Source: Gammaproteobacteria bacterium
GTDB taxonomy: Bacteria > Pseudomonadota > Gammaproteobacteria > Eutrophobiales > Eutrophobiaceae
Length of the DNA: 64,000 bases
Direction of reading: 5' to 3'
Assembly: GCA_965243205.1 (NCBI GenBank)
Contig: CBDEUK010000002.1
Span: forward strand, 672,001 to 736,000
Position numbers and translations under genes: made by a program. Shown in pieces: positions 52,641 through 62,226 of this stretch. The notes below the pieces were generated by a model, which was given only the letters and a program-made list of their open reading frames with translations, ran no database searches and had not been told where the DNA came from. Position 1 is the first letter of the stretch; each line of letters starts with the position of its first letter.

Positions 52641-52800
52641 TTAATTGATATTATTTTAAGAATTTTTCCTATTTTTTGTCGTTTTGCCTAATTTTAATAA
52701 GATTTAGTTACATTGCTTCATCATTAAATGTGAAATTCAACAGCGAATTCTAGCTTCTAGCGACGAACTTTAAGCTAAAAGGCCGAATCGTATGATTTAT

Positions 52801-52840
52801 AAAGAACTACAAGCCAATATAGTAAAATATTGACTTGTAG
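52801..52840 (-). terminator. Terminator downstream of nhaD
   Basis: Minus strand CTACAAGTCAATAT-loop-ATATTGGCTTGTAG (14-bp stem with one G-U pair), followed by TTCTTT. Confidence 0.65.
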
Positions 52841-52905
52841 ATACAGATAGGAAATAACGAGTGTAGTTATATAAGTTATTGATATTCAACAACTTATTAT
52901 CAAAT

Positions 52906-54408
52906 TTATGTGGTGAATGTGCTGGCATTAATTAATGTATGAGCCCAAATACTAGCAAAGTAGCCCAACATAATAGCCCAGCTCCATTTTAAATGGCTGA
53001 AAAAAGTATATATTCCTCTAGCCTGACCCATCACAGCAACTCCAGCAGCTGAACCAACCGATAACATCGAACCTCCGACGCCAGCAGTCAACGTAACTAG
53101 TAACCATTGGCCGAGGTCCATTTCTGGCAACATCGTTAGAACAGCAAACATAACAGGAATATTATCAATTATTGCTGATAAAAATCCGACAATAATATTT
53201 GCTGTTGTAGGCCCCAAATCGACATACATCATTTCAGAAATTAAAGCTAAATAGCCTAAAGTTCCTAAACCACCGACACATAAGATAACACCGTAGAAAA
53301 ACATTAATGTATCCCACTCAGCGCGTGCCAATTTTTTGAATATATCAAACTCTTCTTGATGATCTTCATGAGCTTCATGAGGGTCAGAATCAATATCATA
53401 ATCTTCTACACCTAAAGCTCCAGCGCCAGGATCTTGTAATGCTTTACGTTTACCTTGCATCTTAATGTAATAACCAAATAATTTTAAAAAGCCTAATCCA
53501 GTCATCATGCCAAGCACAGGAGGTAAATGTAAAAAACTATGGGCACATACTGCCATAACAATCGTAAAAATAAATAACCCAACAACTATCATTGCACCAT
53601 ATTTCAAATGAGCGTTTTCAGCTTGAACTTGAGGTTTTTCATTTGGAACAACAAAAGACATTATCGTTGCAGGAATTAACCAGTTAACCAATGATGGAAC
53701 GATTAACATAAAAAATTCTGTAAACTCTACTAACCCACCTTTCTGCCAAACCATTAATGTTGTTATATCTCCGAATGGACTAAATGCACCACCCGCATTA
53801 GCAGCCACAACAATGTTAATACAAGCAACACTGATAAACGCTGTATTCGCTCCTCCAACTGCCATAGCAACAGTTGACATTAATAAGGCAGTCGTTAGGT
53901 TGTCAGCAATAGGTGATAAGCAAAATGAAATTAAACCCGTTAACCAAAATATGGTTCTTAAAGAAAACCCTTGTGATACTAACCATGCTTTTAGAACATT
54001 AAATACACCACGTTCTTCCATGGTATTGATATATGTCATTGCAGCGAGTAAAAATAAAAATAACTCACCAAATTCTAGTAAATTATGTCGAACCGCAATC
54101 TCAGCCGTATGATTATCACCATGACTTGAATATATTAATGCGACAATACACCATATAAGCCCTGCCGCAACCATGACTGGCTTTGACTTCCTAAGATGGA
54201 TAGTTTCTTCGGCTATGACTAAAGAATAAGCAAAACAAAATATAATAACGCAAACAATAGCAGCCCAATGGGAAGTAAAATCAACGAGATGACTCTCGCC
54301 ACTTGCTGCATAACTGATAGAACTAACGAAAAGCAGTACAAAAACACTAAATATTTTAAAAAATAGAGATTCCATATACTTCTTTATTTGAATAGATTGT
54401 ATAGACAT
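52906..54408 (-). CDS. nhaD: Na+/H+ antiporter NhaD
   Basis: LRKSKP, FLLAAMTYI, SPIADNLTTAL, SPFGDITT, DNIPVMFAVL, GSAAGVA. Start placed at ATG 54408 after GGAG. Confidence 0.92.
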   Translation of the reverse strand: MSIQSIQIKKYMESLFFKIFSVFVLLFVSSISYAASGESHLVDFTSHWAAIVCVIIFCFAYSLVIAEETIHLRKSKPVMVAAGLIWCIVALIYSSHGDNHTAEIAVRHNLLEFGELFLFLLAAMTYINTMEERGVFNVLKAWLVSQGFSLRTIFWLTGLISFCLSPIADNLTTALLMSTVAMAVGGANTAFISVACINIVVAANAGGAFSPFGDITTLMVWQKGGLVEFTEFFMLIVPSLVNWLIPATIMSFVVPNEKPQVQAENAHLKYGAMIVVGLFIFTIVMAVCAHSFLHLPPVLGMMTGLGFLKLFGYYIKMQGKRKALQDPGAGALGVEDYDIDSDPHEAHEDHQEEFDIFKKLARAEWDTLMFFYGVILCVGGLGTLGYLALISEMMYVDLGPTTANIIVGFLSAIIDNIPVMFAVLTMLPEMDLGQWLLVTLTAGVGGSMLSVGSAAGVAVMGQARGIYTFFSHLKWSWAIMLGYFASIWAHTLINASTFTT

Positions 54409-54516
54409 CTTATGTTCTCCCAGTTTACAAGTGATTTTACTTATTTTTTTAATAGAATTAATAGTATAGCAAGCAATATTGTTAATCATAGTTAAAGTAA
54501 ATCACATGAATATAAA

Positions 54517-56232
54517 TTAAGCTGCTTCCTTCCACCCAATTTCAACATTTGCTGAACAGCCGTTTTCTGAATAATAAAAACTATCACTTAATGAATTGAT
54601 CAAACCTATACCTCGCCCTTTATAATCAGAATTGGTTTCTAGATAGTAATTTATTTCACTAAAATCAAAACCATCTCCTGAGTTTTTTACTTGTATTGCC
54701 AAAATCCCACCATCACCTTTAGGTATATGTTTGAAAATAAAATCTATTTTTCCAGACTCTAATTTTTTTAATCTTTCATCGCGTAATTCATAATATTTTA
54801 TAAAACCATTTTCATTTTCTTTAATTTTTGAATCTAAATCTAAAATACCATGCTCTAATGCATTAGAATATAATTCAGTTAAGATAATATATAATTTTGA
54901 TCTTGATATCTGAATACCTTGTAATTCAATCAATTGATTTATGATTGATGGAATAGGATCAATTTCTTTCATCACATTATAATCAATTGAAATATTAAGA
55001 GACCATTCAGAAGACGTTCTCTTTAATATGTTAGTATAATTTTCGCTTTTCTTTTCGATTAAATTTGGATCACTTTGTATTTCTACCAATGTAACATCAT
55101 CAAAACTTTCTTTTTCTCCCATAAATTTTCGGAAAGTATTAATAATTTTTTCATAGGCAGTGAATCCGTCATATGATTTTTTAATAGTGTTGATCAAATT
55201 ATCTTTACCAAATATTTCACCTTGATTATTTTTAGACTCTATCAAGCCATCCGAATAAATAAATATTTTAGTAAATTCATCAATTTTTATATTCTTAACT
55301 CGAAAATTATTTTTTTCTCTACTCTGTATACCTAATGGCACAAATTCAGACGATACAGTCTCTATCTCATTTGACTTGCTGTTATACAATATGACATCAG
55401 GCAACCCCGCCTGGATAATGGACAAGTTATTCTCTTCATAATTTATTTCTATAAGACAACCGGCCATAAATCGATTTATGGGTAATATAAATTTTAGTTT
55501 TTTATTTATCTCATTAGCTACTTCGAAAATAGAAAATCCTTTAGAAATCATAGAATAAAAAATATCCGAAACCATCATGCTACCAATAGCAGCAGGCAAT
55601 CCATGCCCTGTAAAATCACCTAACAAAATATTTTGCTTACCTGAAGGACTGATTTCTGTAAGAAAAATATCACCCGACATAATCTCTGCTGGTTGTTCAT
55701 ACAACTTTATATTTTTTATTCTTGTAGAATCAAATGCAGTTCGTTTTTTTATAATCTGATTAGAAATAGTCAAATCTTCATAATGTTGAAGTTCATTCTC
55801 ATATAGCTCTTCTTGTTTGCTCGCAATAGAATCCATTTTTTCTTTGATACGCAACCATGATTGTATTTTTATCATTAAAAGATATTCTTCATAGGGTTTA
55901 AGCAAAATATCATCAGCGCCAAGCTCAATAATCTTTTCATGACTTTTTTGATTATCATAACCAGTAAGAAATATAACGGGTATTTTTTTCTTATTATCAA
56001 CAGATTTTATTTTTTCTAAACACTCTATGCCATCCATAACTGGCATCATGTAATCCAAAAGAATAAGATCAAAATCATAGCTTAAAAATAACTCAAAACC
56101 TTTTTTTCCATTTTCTGCTTCAGAAAAACTATATCCTTGATTATCTAAATAAGCTTTCAGCAAACTCCTTTCGGTTTTATCATCATCTATAATTAAAATA
56201 TTATATTTTTTATTCATATTCATTATCGACAT
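54517..56232 (-). CDS. REC-PP2C(SpoIIE)-anti-sigma kinase fusion, HsbR-like
   Basis: REC (IIDD, LLDYMMP, KP); PP2C (SGD, GDFTGHG, SDGLIE, DDVT); HATPase (ELYSNALEHG, GDGF, GRGI). Confidence 0.88.
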   Translation of the reverse strand: MSIMNMNKKYNILIIDDDKTERSLLKAYLDNQGYSFSEAENGKKGFELFLSYDFDLILLDYMMPVMDGIECLEKIKSVDNKKKIPVIFLTGYDNQKSHEKIIELGADDILLKPYEEYLLMIKIQSWLRIKEKMDSIASKQEELYENELQHYEDLTISNQIIKKRTAFDSTRIKNIKLYEQPAEIMSGDIFLTEISPSGKQNILLGDFTGHGLPAAIGSMMVSDIFYSMISKGFSIFEVANEINKKLKFILPINRFMAGCLIEINYEENNLSIIQAGLPDVILYNSKSNEIETVSSEFVPLGIQSREKNNFRVKNIKIDEFTKIFIYSDGLIESKNNQGEIFGKDNLINTIKKSYDGFTAYEKIINTFRKFMGEKESFDDVTLVEIQSDPNLIEKKSENYTNILKRTSSEWSLNISIDYNVMKEIDPIPSIINQLIELQGIQISRSKLYIILTELYSNALEHGILDLDSKIKENENGFIKYYELRDERLKKLESGKIDFIFKHIPKGDGGILAIQVKNSGDGFDFSEINYYLETNSDYKGRGIGLINSLSDSFYYSENGCSANVEIGWKEAA

Positions 56233-56237
56233 TTAAA

Positions 56238-56534
56238 CTATTTAACGATCATTAATTGATCAAAATTAGCTACTTTTAGAATTTCTTTAATATTGCTATT
56301 GGCATTTTCTATTACTACTGATTCTGCATTATCTCCTGCATATTCTTTTACTTGTAAAAGCATACCTAATGCTGAACTATCCATATAGTTAGTTTGCCCC
56401 ATATCGATTCTATATAGCTGGCATTGATCGGACATGTAAGCATCGCGTAATTCCTTATGAATATGGAAGTCAAATTTATCTGGCATCATAATCCTCATAC
56501 TTCTTCCATCATCAAGCAATTCTTTTCTAATCAT
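56238..56534 (-). CDS. STAS anti-anti-sigma factor, HsbA-like
   Basis: FDF..H, YMDSSALGMLL phospho-Ser motif, ANFD. Confidence 0.88.
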   Translation of the reverse strand: MIRKELLDDGRSMRIMMPDKFDFHIHKELRDAYMSDQCQLYRIDMGQTNYMDSSALGMLLQVKEYAGDNAESVVIENANSNIKEILKVANFDQLMIVK

Positions 56535-56560
56535 ATTTATTCACCTATCTTAAGTGTTAA

Positions 56561-57865
56561 CTAGAATAAACTTACATCACCAGAGACCATATTTTTTTGA
56601 TCTGCAATTTTCTTACTGGATGCTTCATTAAAGTCTGCATTCATTTGAACTATTTCTTCTCTTAGTTTTTTAACATTCGATTGATATTCATAATTATCTT
56701 TTGATTTTTCTATATCTAAAATTTCATTATTAACATGTTCAACAAAATTCTCGAGAAGCATTATTTTTTTATCAGCATGTTCTGCTATCTGACGTACAAT
56801 ATCTTCGTACTGAAGATTTTGTATCGCATTATTGGTATTATCTGATATCTGAGTATTGACAACGGATATTTTCCCAATAGATTCATTCATAAATTCATCA
56901 AACTGTGTTAATGAATCCATCATTTTATCTATTTTAGATTTTTCACTAATAATATTATTCATATCTTTAGAAGCAGATTCTCCTACTAATGATTTTGCCT
57001 CATCAATTGTTAATTGAGCAGCTTCTACTTTTTGTCTTATTTTTTCGTTAAAATCATTTGAGCTTATTGATAAGTTTCGAACTTCATCTGCTACAACAGC
57101 AAAGCCTCTACCTGCATCCCCTGCTCTTGCAGCTTCAATAGCTGCATTCAAAGCTAACAAATTGGTTTTATCTGAAATAGATTTAACATCTGATAGCATC
57201 TCGAATATTTCTTCTAATTGTTCGTACATAAAATCAATTTTATTCACCGTATTCATACTGTATTTACTACTCATCACCATATTTTCAACAAAATCTTTTA
57301 ATACGTTTGATGTTGCCTCTACAAAACTACTAATACCTATACGTTCTATTTTTTCTTCTTGTTGTTGTTCTTGTCCTTCATTTATTTCTTCATAAACGTC
57401 ATCTTCTGAACTCTCATTATGAATATTGGCTGCCTCATTAATTTTGGAAAACATTACTTCAACAATTTCTTTTTGTTCCATAGCATCTTTGCTTAAACCA
57501 TGAAAGCTGTGATTCAAAACTCCTGCACTTTCACAAACCAAATCTTTGATTTGATCAATTTCCACAACAACCGACTTCATACCATTACTGACAATATCAT
57601 TCACTTCATTTACTAATTTATGAATCTCGTCTTGATTTACTCGATATTCAGAAGAAACATTCTCTTCAGATAATTCCTGACTATAATTTTTTTCAAAAAA
57701 TATAATTGAAAAAAACCAGGCTAGAGTTACTCCAACAACATATAAGAACTGATATTCAGGATAAATATCAAAGAATGATAAAACTATCATCAAACAACTC
57801 ATTATTATTGCAATTGAAAATTTTTTCAGATTTTCGATAAACATCCTATATTCGTCCATTAACAT
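56561..57865 (-). CDS. Methyl-accepting chemotaxis-like protein without periplasmic sensor
   Basis: Two adjacent TM helices; [28 protein letters not shown] hairpin tip; C-terminal LQYEDIVRQ. Confidence 0.85.
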   Translation of the reverse strand: MLMDEYRMFIENLKKFSIAIIMSCLMIVLSFFDIYPEYQFLYVVGVTLAWFFSIIFFEKNYSQELSEENVSSEYRVNQDEIHKLVNEVNDIVSNGMKSVVVEIDQIKDLVCESAGVLNHSFHGLSKDAMEQKEIVEVMFSKINEAANIHNESSEDDVYEEINEGQEQQQEEKIERIGISSFVEATSNVLKDFVENMVMSSKYSMNTVNKIDFMYEQLEEIFEMLSDVKSISDKTNLLALNAAIEAARAGDAGRGFAVVADEVRNLSISSNDFNEKIRQKVEAAQLTIDEAKSLVGESASKDMNNIISEKSKIDKMMDSLTQFDEFMNESIGKISVVNTQISDNTNNAIQNLQYEDIVRQIAEHADKKIMLLENFVEHVNNEILDIEKSKDNYEYQSNVKKLREEIVQMNADFNEASSKKIADQKNMVSGDVSLF

Positions 57866-57905
57866 TTATTAAAACAATTTAAAAAATTGTATCTAGATGT
57901 GAAAA

Positions 57906-57932
57906 ATATCGGCCTTTTTACCTATTCCTTTA
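57906..57932 (-). promoter_or_regulatory. sigma-28 (FliA) promoter
   Basis: TAAA-N15-GCCGATAT on the minus strand, about 40 bp upstream of the MCP start. Confidence 0.8.
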
Positions 57933-57936
57933 GGAA

Positions 57937-58974
57937 TTAGGCAGCTCTGTTTAGCTCTATTAGTTCTGAAGTAATTTGATTGAGAGGAATTATTTTATTA
58001 ACCGCTTTGATTTTGACTGCTTCGCCTGGCATACCCCAAACGACGCTAGATTGCTCATCTTGTGCAATGGTAAAAGCACCATGTTCCTGCATATTTTTTA
58101 GACCAACAGCACCATCAGCCCCCATTCCAGTCAAAATAATGCCTGTTGCATTTTGACCGACATTTTCAGCAATTGAATTAAACAAGACCTCGACAGAAGG
58201 CTTATGGCGATTAACCGCTGGGCCATCATCTAATTGAGCTAAAAATTTAGCCCCATTTCTAACGACTTTTAAATGTTTATCACCTGGAGCGACGTAAGCA
58301 TGTCCAGGTAGTATTTGCTGGCCATCTGAGGCTTCGTAGACTTTTAATTTTGATAAGCTATCTAGTCTTTTTGCAAAGGAGGAGCTAAAACCTGCTGGAA
58401 TATGTTGACTTATCACAATACCAGGAGAGTCTGGTGGTAAATCAATTAAGATATCTTTTATTGCTTCAGTACCTCCAGTTGAGGCACCAATAGCAATAAT
58501 TTGATCGGTTGTTTTAAAATGTTTTGTTCTATTTGAAGATTGGTTACTATTTAATTTAGTCTCGTCATAAACTTGTATTTTTGCTTCTGAAGCAACAATA
58601 ATTTTATCTATCAACTCATTTTTATAGTTATTAATCGTTTCTGCTACATCCGTTTTTGGCTTTGTTACAAAATCAATTGCTCCTGAATCAAGTGCATCTA
58701 AGGTCACTTCATTACCTTTTTCTGTTAATGTTGATACCATGACAACTGGCAACGGATGTAATCGCATTAAGTTCCTTAAAAAGGTTAAGCCGTCCATATT
58801 TGGCATTTCAACATCAAGCGTTAAAACATCAGGGCGTAATTTTTTAATTTTATCTCTTGCTATATACGGATCTGCTGCGGCACCAACGACTTTAATTCTT
58901 GGATCGGATTCTAATAACTCCGTTAATAATTTTCGTATTAAAGCTGAATCGTCAACAATTAAAACTTTTATCAT
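57937..58974 (-). CDS. cheB: Chemotaxis methylesterase CheB
   Basis: REC domain plus GASTGG, QHIP, HKPSV and GMGADG. Confidence 0.96.
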   Translation of the reverse strand: MIKVLIVDDSALIRKLLTELLESDPRIKVVGAAADPYIARDKIKKLRPDVLTLDVEMPNMDGLTFLRNLMRLHPLPVVMVSTLTEKGNEVTLDALDSGAIDFVTKPKTDVAETINNYKNELIDKIIVASEAKIQVYDETKLNSNQSSNRTKHFKTTDQIIAIGASTGGTEAIKDILIDLPPDSPGIVISQHIPAGFSSSFAKRLDSLSKLKVYEASDGQQILPGHAYVAPGDKHLKVVRNGAKFLAQLDDGPAVNRHKPSVEVLFNSIAENVGQNATGIILTGMGADGAVGLKNMQEHGAFTIAQDEQSSVVWGMPGEAVKIKAVNKIIPLNQITSELIELNRAA

Positions 58975-58991
58975 TAGAGTACCCTACATTC

Positions 58992-59618
58992 TTAAAATAA
59001 TTCAATTTCGCCAGTAACAGCTGGTTCTGAAACAATTTCTTTACTATATTGTTTTTCTTGTGCAACTACTTCATTATTTACTGATTTAAGTTTTTTAATT
59101 TTCAATGATCCCGTGAGAGGGCAATAGCGAACCTTACGTGGATATATATCGCCTACATCTTCAGAAACAATTGATAAATTTTCAATGGATAAATATTCTT
59201 TTACGAATTGAATATTTTTTTCGCCAATATCTGAAGCAGATTCAAACATTCTGCCACCACCAGTTACTTTTACCTCAAGATTTTTCCTTATCCCACCATT
59301 TTTTAATATGTCATTTATCATATGCTCCATTGCATAGTTACCATATCGTGTTGACAGGCTATTCCATGAATTTTGCCCTGAGCTGTTTTCTGGCAACATA
59401 AAATGATTCATACCACCAATTTTTAATTTCTTGTCACGTATACAGGCTGATATACATGAACCTAATACTGTTTCTATGATCTCATTATTACGTGTCACGT
59501 AATATTCACCTGGTAATATTTTAGCTACTTGAACATTACGTGCTTTATCCCAATAACGTTTTATTTCTTCAAAACCTTCTAACGCAGCATCTAATGTATT
59601 ATTTATATTTATTGTCAT
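58992..59618 (-). CDS. cheD: Chemoreceptor glutamine deamidase CheD
   Basis: ILPGEYY, TVLGSCISAC, GGMNHFMLP, RYG. Confidence 0.95.
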   Translation of the reverse strand: MTININNTLDAALEGFEEIKRYWDKARNVQVAKILPGEYYVTRNNEIIETVLGSCISACIRDKKLKIGGMNHFMLPENSSGQNSWNSLSTRYGNYAMEHMINDILKNGGIRKNLEVKVTGGGRMFESASDIGEKNIQFVKEYLSIENLSIVSEDVGDIYPRKVRYCPLTGSLKIKKLKSVNNEVVAQEKQYSKEIVSEPAVTGEIELF

Positions 59619-59621
59619 CAG

Positions 59622-60461
59622 TTATTTCCTTTGATAGATGGTTTTTCCTAATAATTTAAAATCATCGTTGACATTAAATAATGATTCGGAATGACCTAAC
59701 ATTAAATACGAATCTGAATTCATTTGATTAGCTATCTTTTTAAATAAGAAGGCTTGTGTTTCTTTATTAAAATAGATAATAACGTTTCGACAAAAAACCA
59801 CATCGAAAGATTTTCTCATTGGCCAATCATGCATTAAATTTAGCTGTTTGAATGTTATCAAATCCCTTAATGCTTTAGATGCTTTTAACATTCCTTCGTT
59901 TTCACCTCTCCCTTTACGAAAATATTTTTTTATTTGAGAGTCAGTTAATCCTTTGGTGTCATCTTCATTATAGACACCTGTTTTTCCTACATTCAAAACA
60001 TCGGTATCAATATCTGTCGCCAGAATTTTCACATCCCAACCATTAAGGTTAACTGGGGATTCTTTTATGGCAATCGCAATGCTGTATGGCTCTTTACCAG
60101 TAGAACAGGCACAAGACCATATTCTTATTCTTCTATCATATTGATGTTTTAATTTAAGTTCGGGAAGAATTGTCTTTGAAAGGTACTCAAAATGATGCTC
60201 TTCACGAAAAAATCCTGTTAAATTTGTAGTAACTGAATTAATGAAATGTTTTATTTCACTATCGTTATTTTTTGAGCTAATTAATTGACAATATTCATCA
60301 AAATTATTTAATGAAAGTGAACGAATTCTTTTAGAAATCCTACTGTATACCAACTGACTTTTTGTATCTGGCATTGTAATACCAGTATGATCATAAATCA
60401 GGCCACAAATCTTTTTAAAATGTCTATCCGTATAATCAAATTGTTTTTGAGCTAACTCCAT
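59622..60461 (-). CDS. cheR: Chemotaxis methyltransferase CheR
   Basis: TTNLTGFFRE, WSCACSTG.EPYS, ATDID, FCRNVIIYF, GHSE. Confidence 0.96.
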   Translation of the reverse strand: MELAQKQFDYTDRHFKKICGLIYDHTGITMPDTKSQLVYSRISKRIRSLSLNNFDEYCQLISSKNNDSEIKHFINSVTTNLTGFFREEHHFEYLSKTILPELKLKHQYDRRIRIWSCACSTGKEPYSIAIAIKESPVNLNGWDVKILATDIDTDVLNVGKTGVYNEDDTKGLTDSQIKKYFRKGRGENEGMLKASKALRDLITFKQLNLMHDWPMRKSFDVVFCRNVIIYFNKETQAFLFKKIANQMNSDSYLMLGHSESLFNVNDDFKLLGKTIYQRK

Positions 60462-60463
60462 TT

Positions 60464-61021
60464 TTAAAACATCTCTATCTCAGATGCTTCATCCTCACCT
60501 TTCTCTTTTAATTTTTCGATTAATTCTTCCTTTGAAACACCTTCCATAAACTGATCGAATATTTCTCTTTGTCGATCCATGTTATAGGTAGAACGAATCT
60601 GATTTTGCAAGGCATTCCATTCATATGGATGATACAACTTAGACTGATCAGAAACGATTTCTGACAAAGAGTCCAGGCTATAACATACATGATCTAATTG
60701 TTGAGACACTCTATCGAAAAATTGAAATGTCACAATTGCCGACTGGATTTGTTGATTTAAATTAGCACATTTTTCTTGTAGAGCCTGATAATCATCTTCA
60801 CTGAATTTTTCTTTATTATTTTCAACGATTTCTTTGATAATGAAAGTCTCAGAACCCATCGTTGTAAAGCTATTTCCTAATTTACCTACAGACTCCTCAC
60901 CATCATGCATAGAATTTGATACGTGAGCGACTGCTAAATTTAACATTTTGACTGTTTCTCTGACTTGGCTCCAATCAAGATCAGGCTTCGATGAGTTGGA
61001 TTGATTATAATTTTCTGACAT
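60464..61021 (-). CDS. Chemotaxis-associated helical protein (CheZ-like QFxDxxxQ motif)
   Basis: Predicted coiled coil with FQFFDRVSQQL and acidic EIEMF tail; che-cluster context. Confidence 0.55.
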   Translation of the reverse strand: MSENYNQSNSSKPDLDWSQVRETVKMLNLAVAHVSNSMHDGEESVGKLGNSFTTMGSETFIIKEIVENNKEKFSEDDYQALQEKCANLNQQIQSAIVTFQFFDRVSQQLDHVCYSLDSLSEIVSDQSKLYHPYEWNALQNQIRSTYNMDRQREIFDQFMEGVSKEELIEKLKEKGEDEASEIEMF

Positions 61022-61043
61022 ATTTATTCTCCACTTACGACTA

Positions 61044-61430
61044 CTAATTAAATGTGTTATCCAACCCCATTAAATTCACTGATTGTTTAAAATAATCGTT
61101 TCCGTTTAAAAATTGAATATCGATTAATTTATCATCTGCGGTTTTTTTAAGTGATGTTAAAAATTGTATTGATGCAGCATCTAATTTAGATACCTGTGAA
61201 ACATCGATGTGAATATTTTTTAAATTTTTAAATTTTTCATTGATATCTTTATATGCAGCATCAAGATTTCTAATATCGAAATTTTTATCTAATTTTAAAG
61301 AATAAGTTTCTTCTGATGATTCTTCATTATTAGAAGCATTTTCTGAAGATAATTCTTTTTTTACATCTTCAACTTCAGATTTATTCATCCAATCGAGTGG
61401 ATCGACTCCTATTAAATTTTCTTCACTCAT
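61044..61430 (-). CDS. STAS-domain protein with acidic N-terminal extension
   Basis: IDVSQVSKLDAASIQFL...LMGL STAS pattern; N-terminal GVDPLDWM. Confidence 0.7.
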   Translation of the reverse strand: MSEENLIGVDPLDWMNKSEVEDVKKELSSENASNNEESSEETYSLKLDKNFDIRNLDAAYKDINEKFKNLKNIHIDVSQVSKLDAASIQFLTSLKKTADDKLIDIQFLNGNDYFKQSVNLMGLDNTFN

Positions 61431-61445
61431 AAATTCACCATTCTT

Positions 61446-62201
61446 TTACATCACATAATTATTTTGTACATCATTAGCCAAAGAAAAGTAATCTTCTGCA
61501 GCAATGCTTTTTTTATGATAATCAAATATTGATTTGCCAGCAGTAGGACATTCAGCCAATGCCGCAACTTCTCTGACTCTAGTCTTCAATATTTTATTTG
61601 GGAAATACATTTGAAGCTTTCTTAATACTTCTTTAGGCAGACGTCTTCTATTTTGAAATCTTGTCATGACAATTTTTTCATCGGCTTTGTAACCTAAACG
61701 CTGCTCAAATTTCCTTAATGTTCCCATAAGAAAAGATAATCCTTGCAACGATAAATAATCACCATTTACCGGTACGATAATTTCTTTGGTAGCTAGTAAC
61801 GCATTAACGACTAACAAACCTGAAGATGGAGGGCAATCAATCAAAACATAATCTTCATCCTGAAACTTATTTTTTAATGCTTTTCTAAGCAATAAACCTC
61901 GTTCTGAACCACCTGTTTTTATTGCTTCTAATCGATTTAAATCTGGACCAGCAGTAATTACTTTTAAACCATCTTTTAAATCAATTGTTTTCGAAGTAAC
62001 ATCAGACTGATTCAATAGCACATCATCCATACCTTTTATTGAATGATCAAAAACTCCTAAACTCTTTGCCAGATGACCTTGAGGATCCAGATCAATTGCT
62101 GTCACTTTGTTTCCTTGTAAAGCTAAAGCATGGGCAAGGTTCGTTGTTGTTGTTGTCTTACCAACCCCGCCCTTTTGATTAATGATGGCTATCGTTCTCA
62201 T
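61446..62201 (-). CDS. ParA-family ATPase associated with the chemotaxis cluster
   Basis: NQKGGVGKTT, DLDPQ, IDCPP. Confidence 0.92.
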   Translation of the reverse strand: MRTIAIINQKGGVGKTTTTTNLAHALALQGNKVTAIDLDPQGHLAKSLGVFDHSIKGMDDVLLNQSDVTSKTIDLKDGLKVITAGPDLNRLEAIKTGGSERGLLLRKALKNKFQDEDYVLIDCPPSSGLLVVNALLATKEIIVPVNGDYLSLQGLSFLMGTLRKFEQRLGYKADEKIVMTRFQNRRRLPKEVLRKLQMYFPNKILKTRVREVAALAECPTAGKSIFDYHKKSIAAEDYFSLANDVQNNYVM

Positions 62202-62226
62202 CTTATTATCCTAATATTGATATTAA

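Noticed and set aside
52655-52715. Possible GacA/UvrY or LetA box upstream of the sRNA candidate (TGTAAC-N5-CTTATT; TAAGAATTTTTCCTA)
   Set aside because: Wrong spacing and several mismatches in AT-rich DNA; cannot be supported.
60085-60110. CheR motif reads GKEPYS rather than GEEPYS
   Set aside because: That position varies among CheR proteins and the other motifs are intact; no evidence of inactivation.
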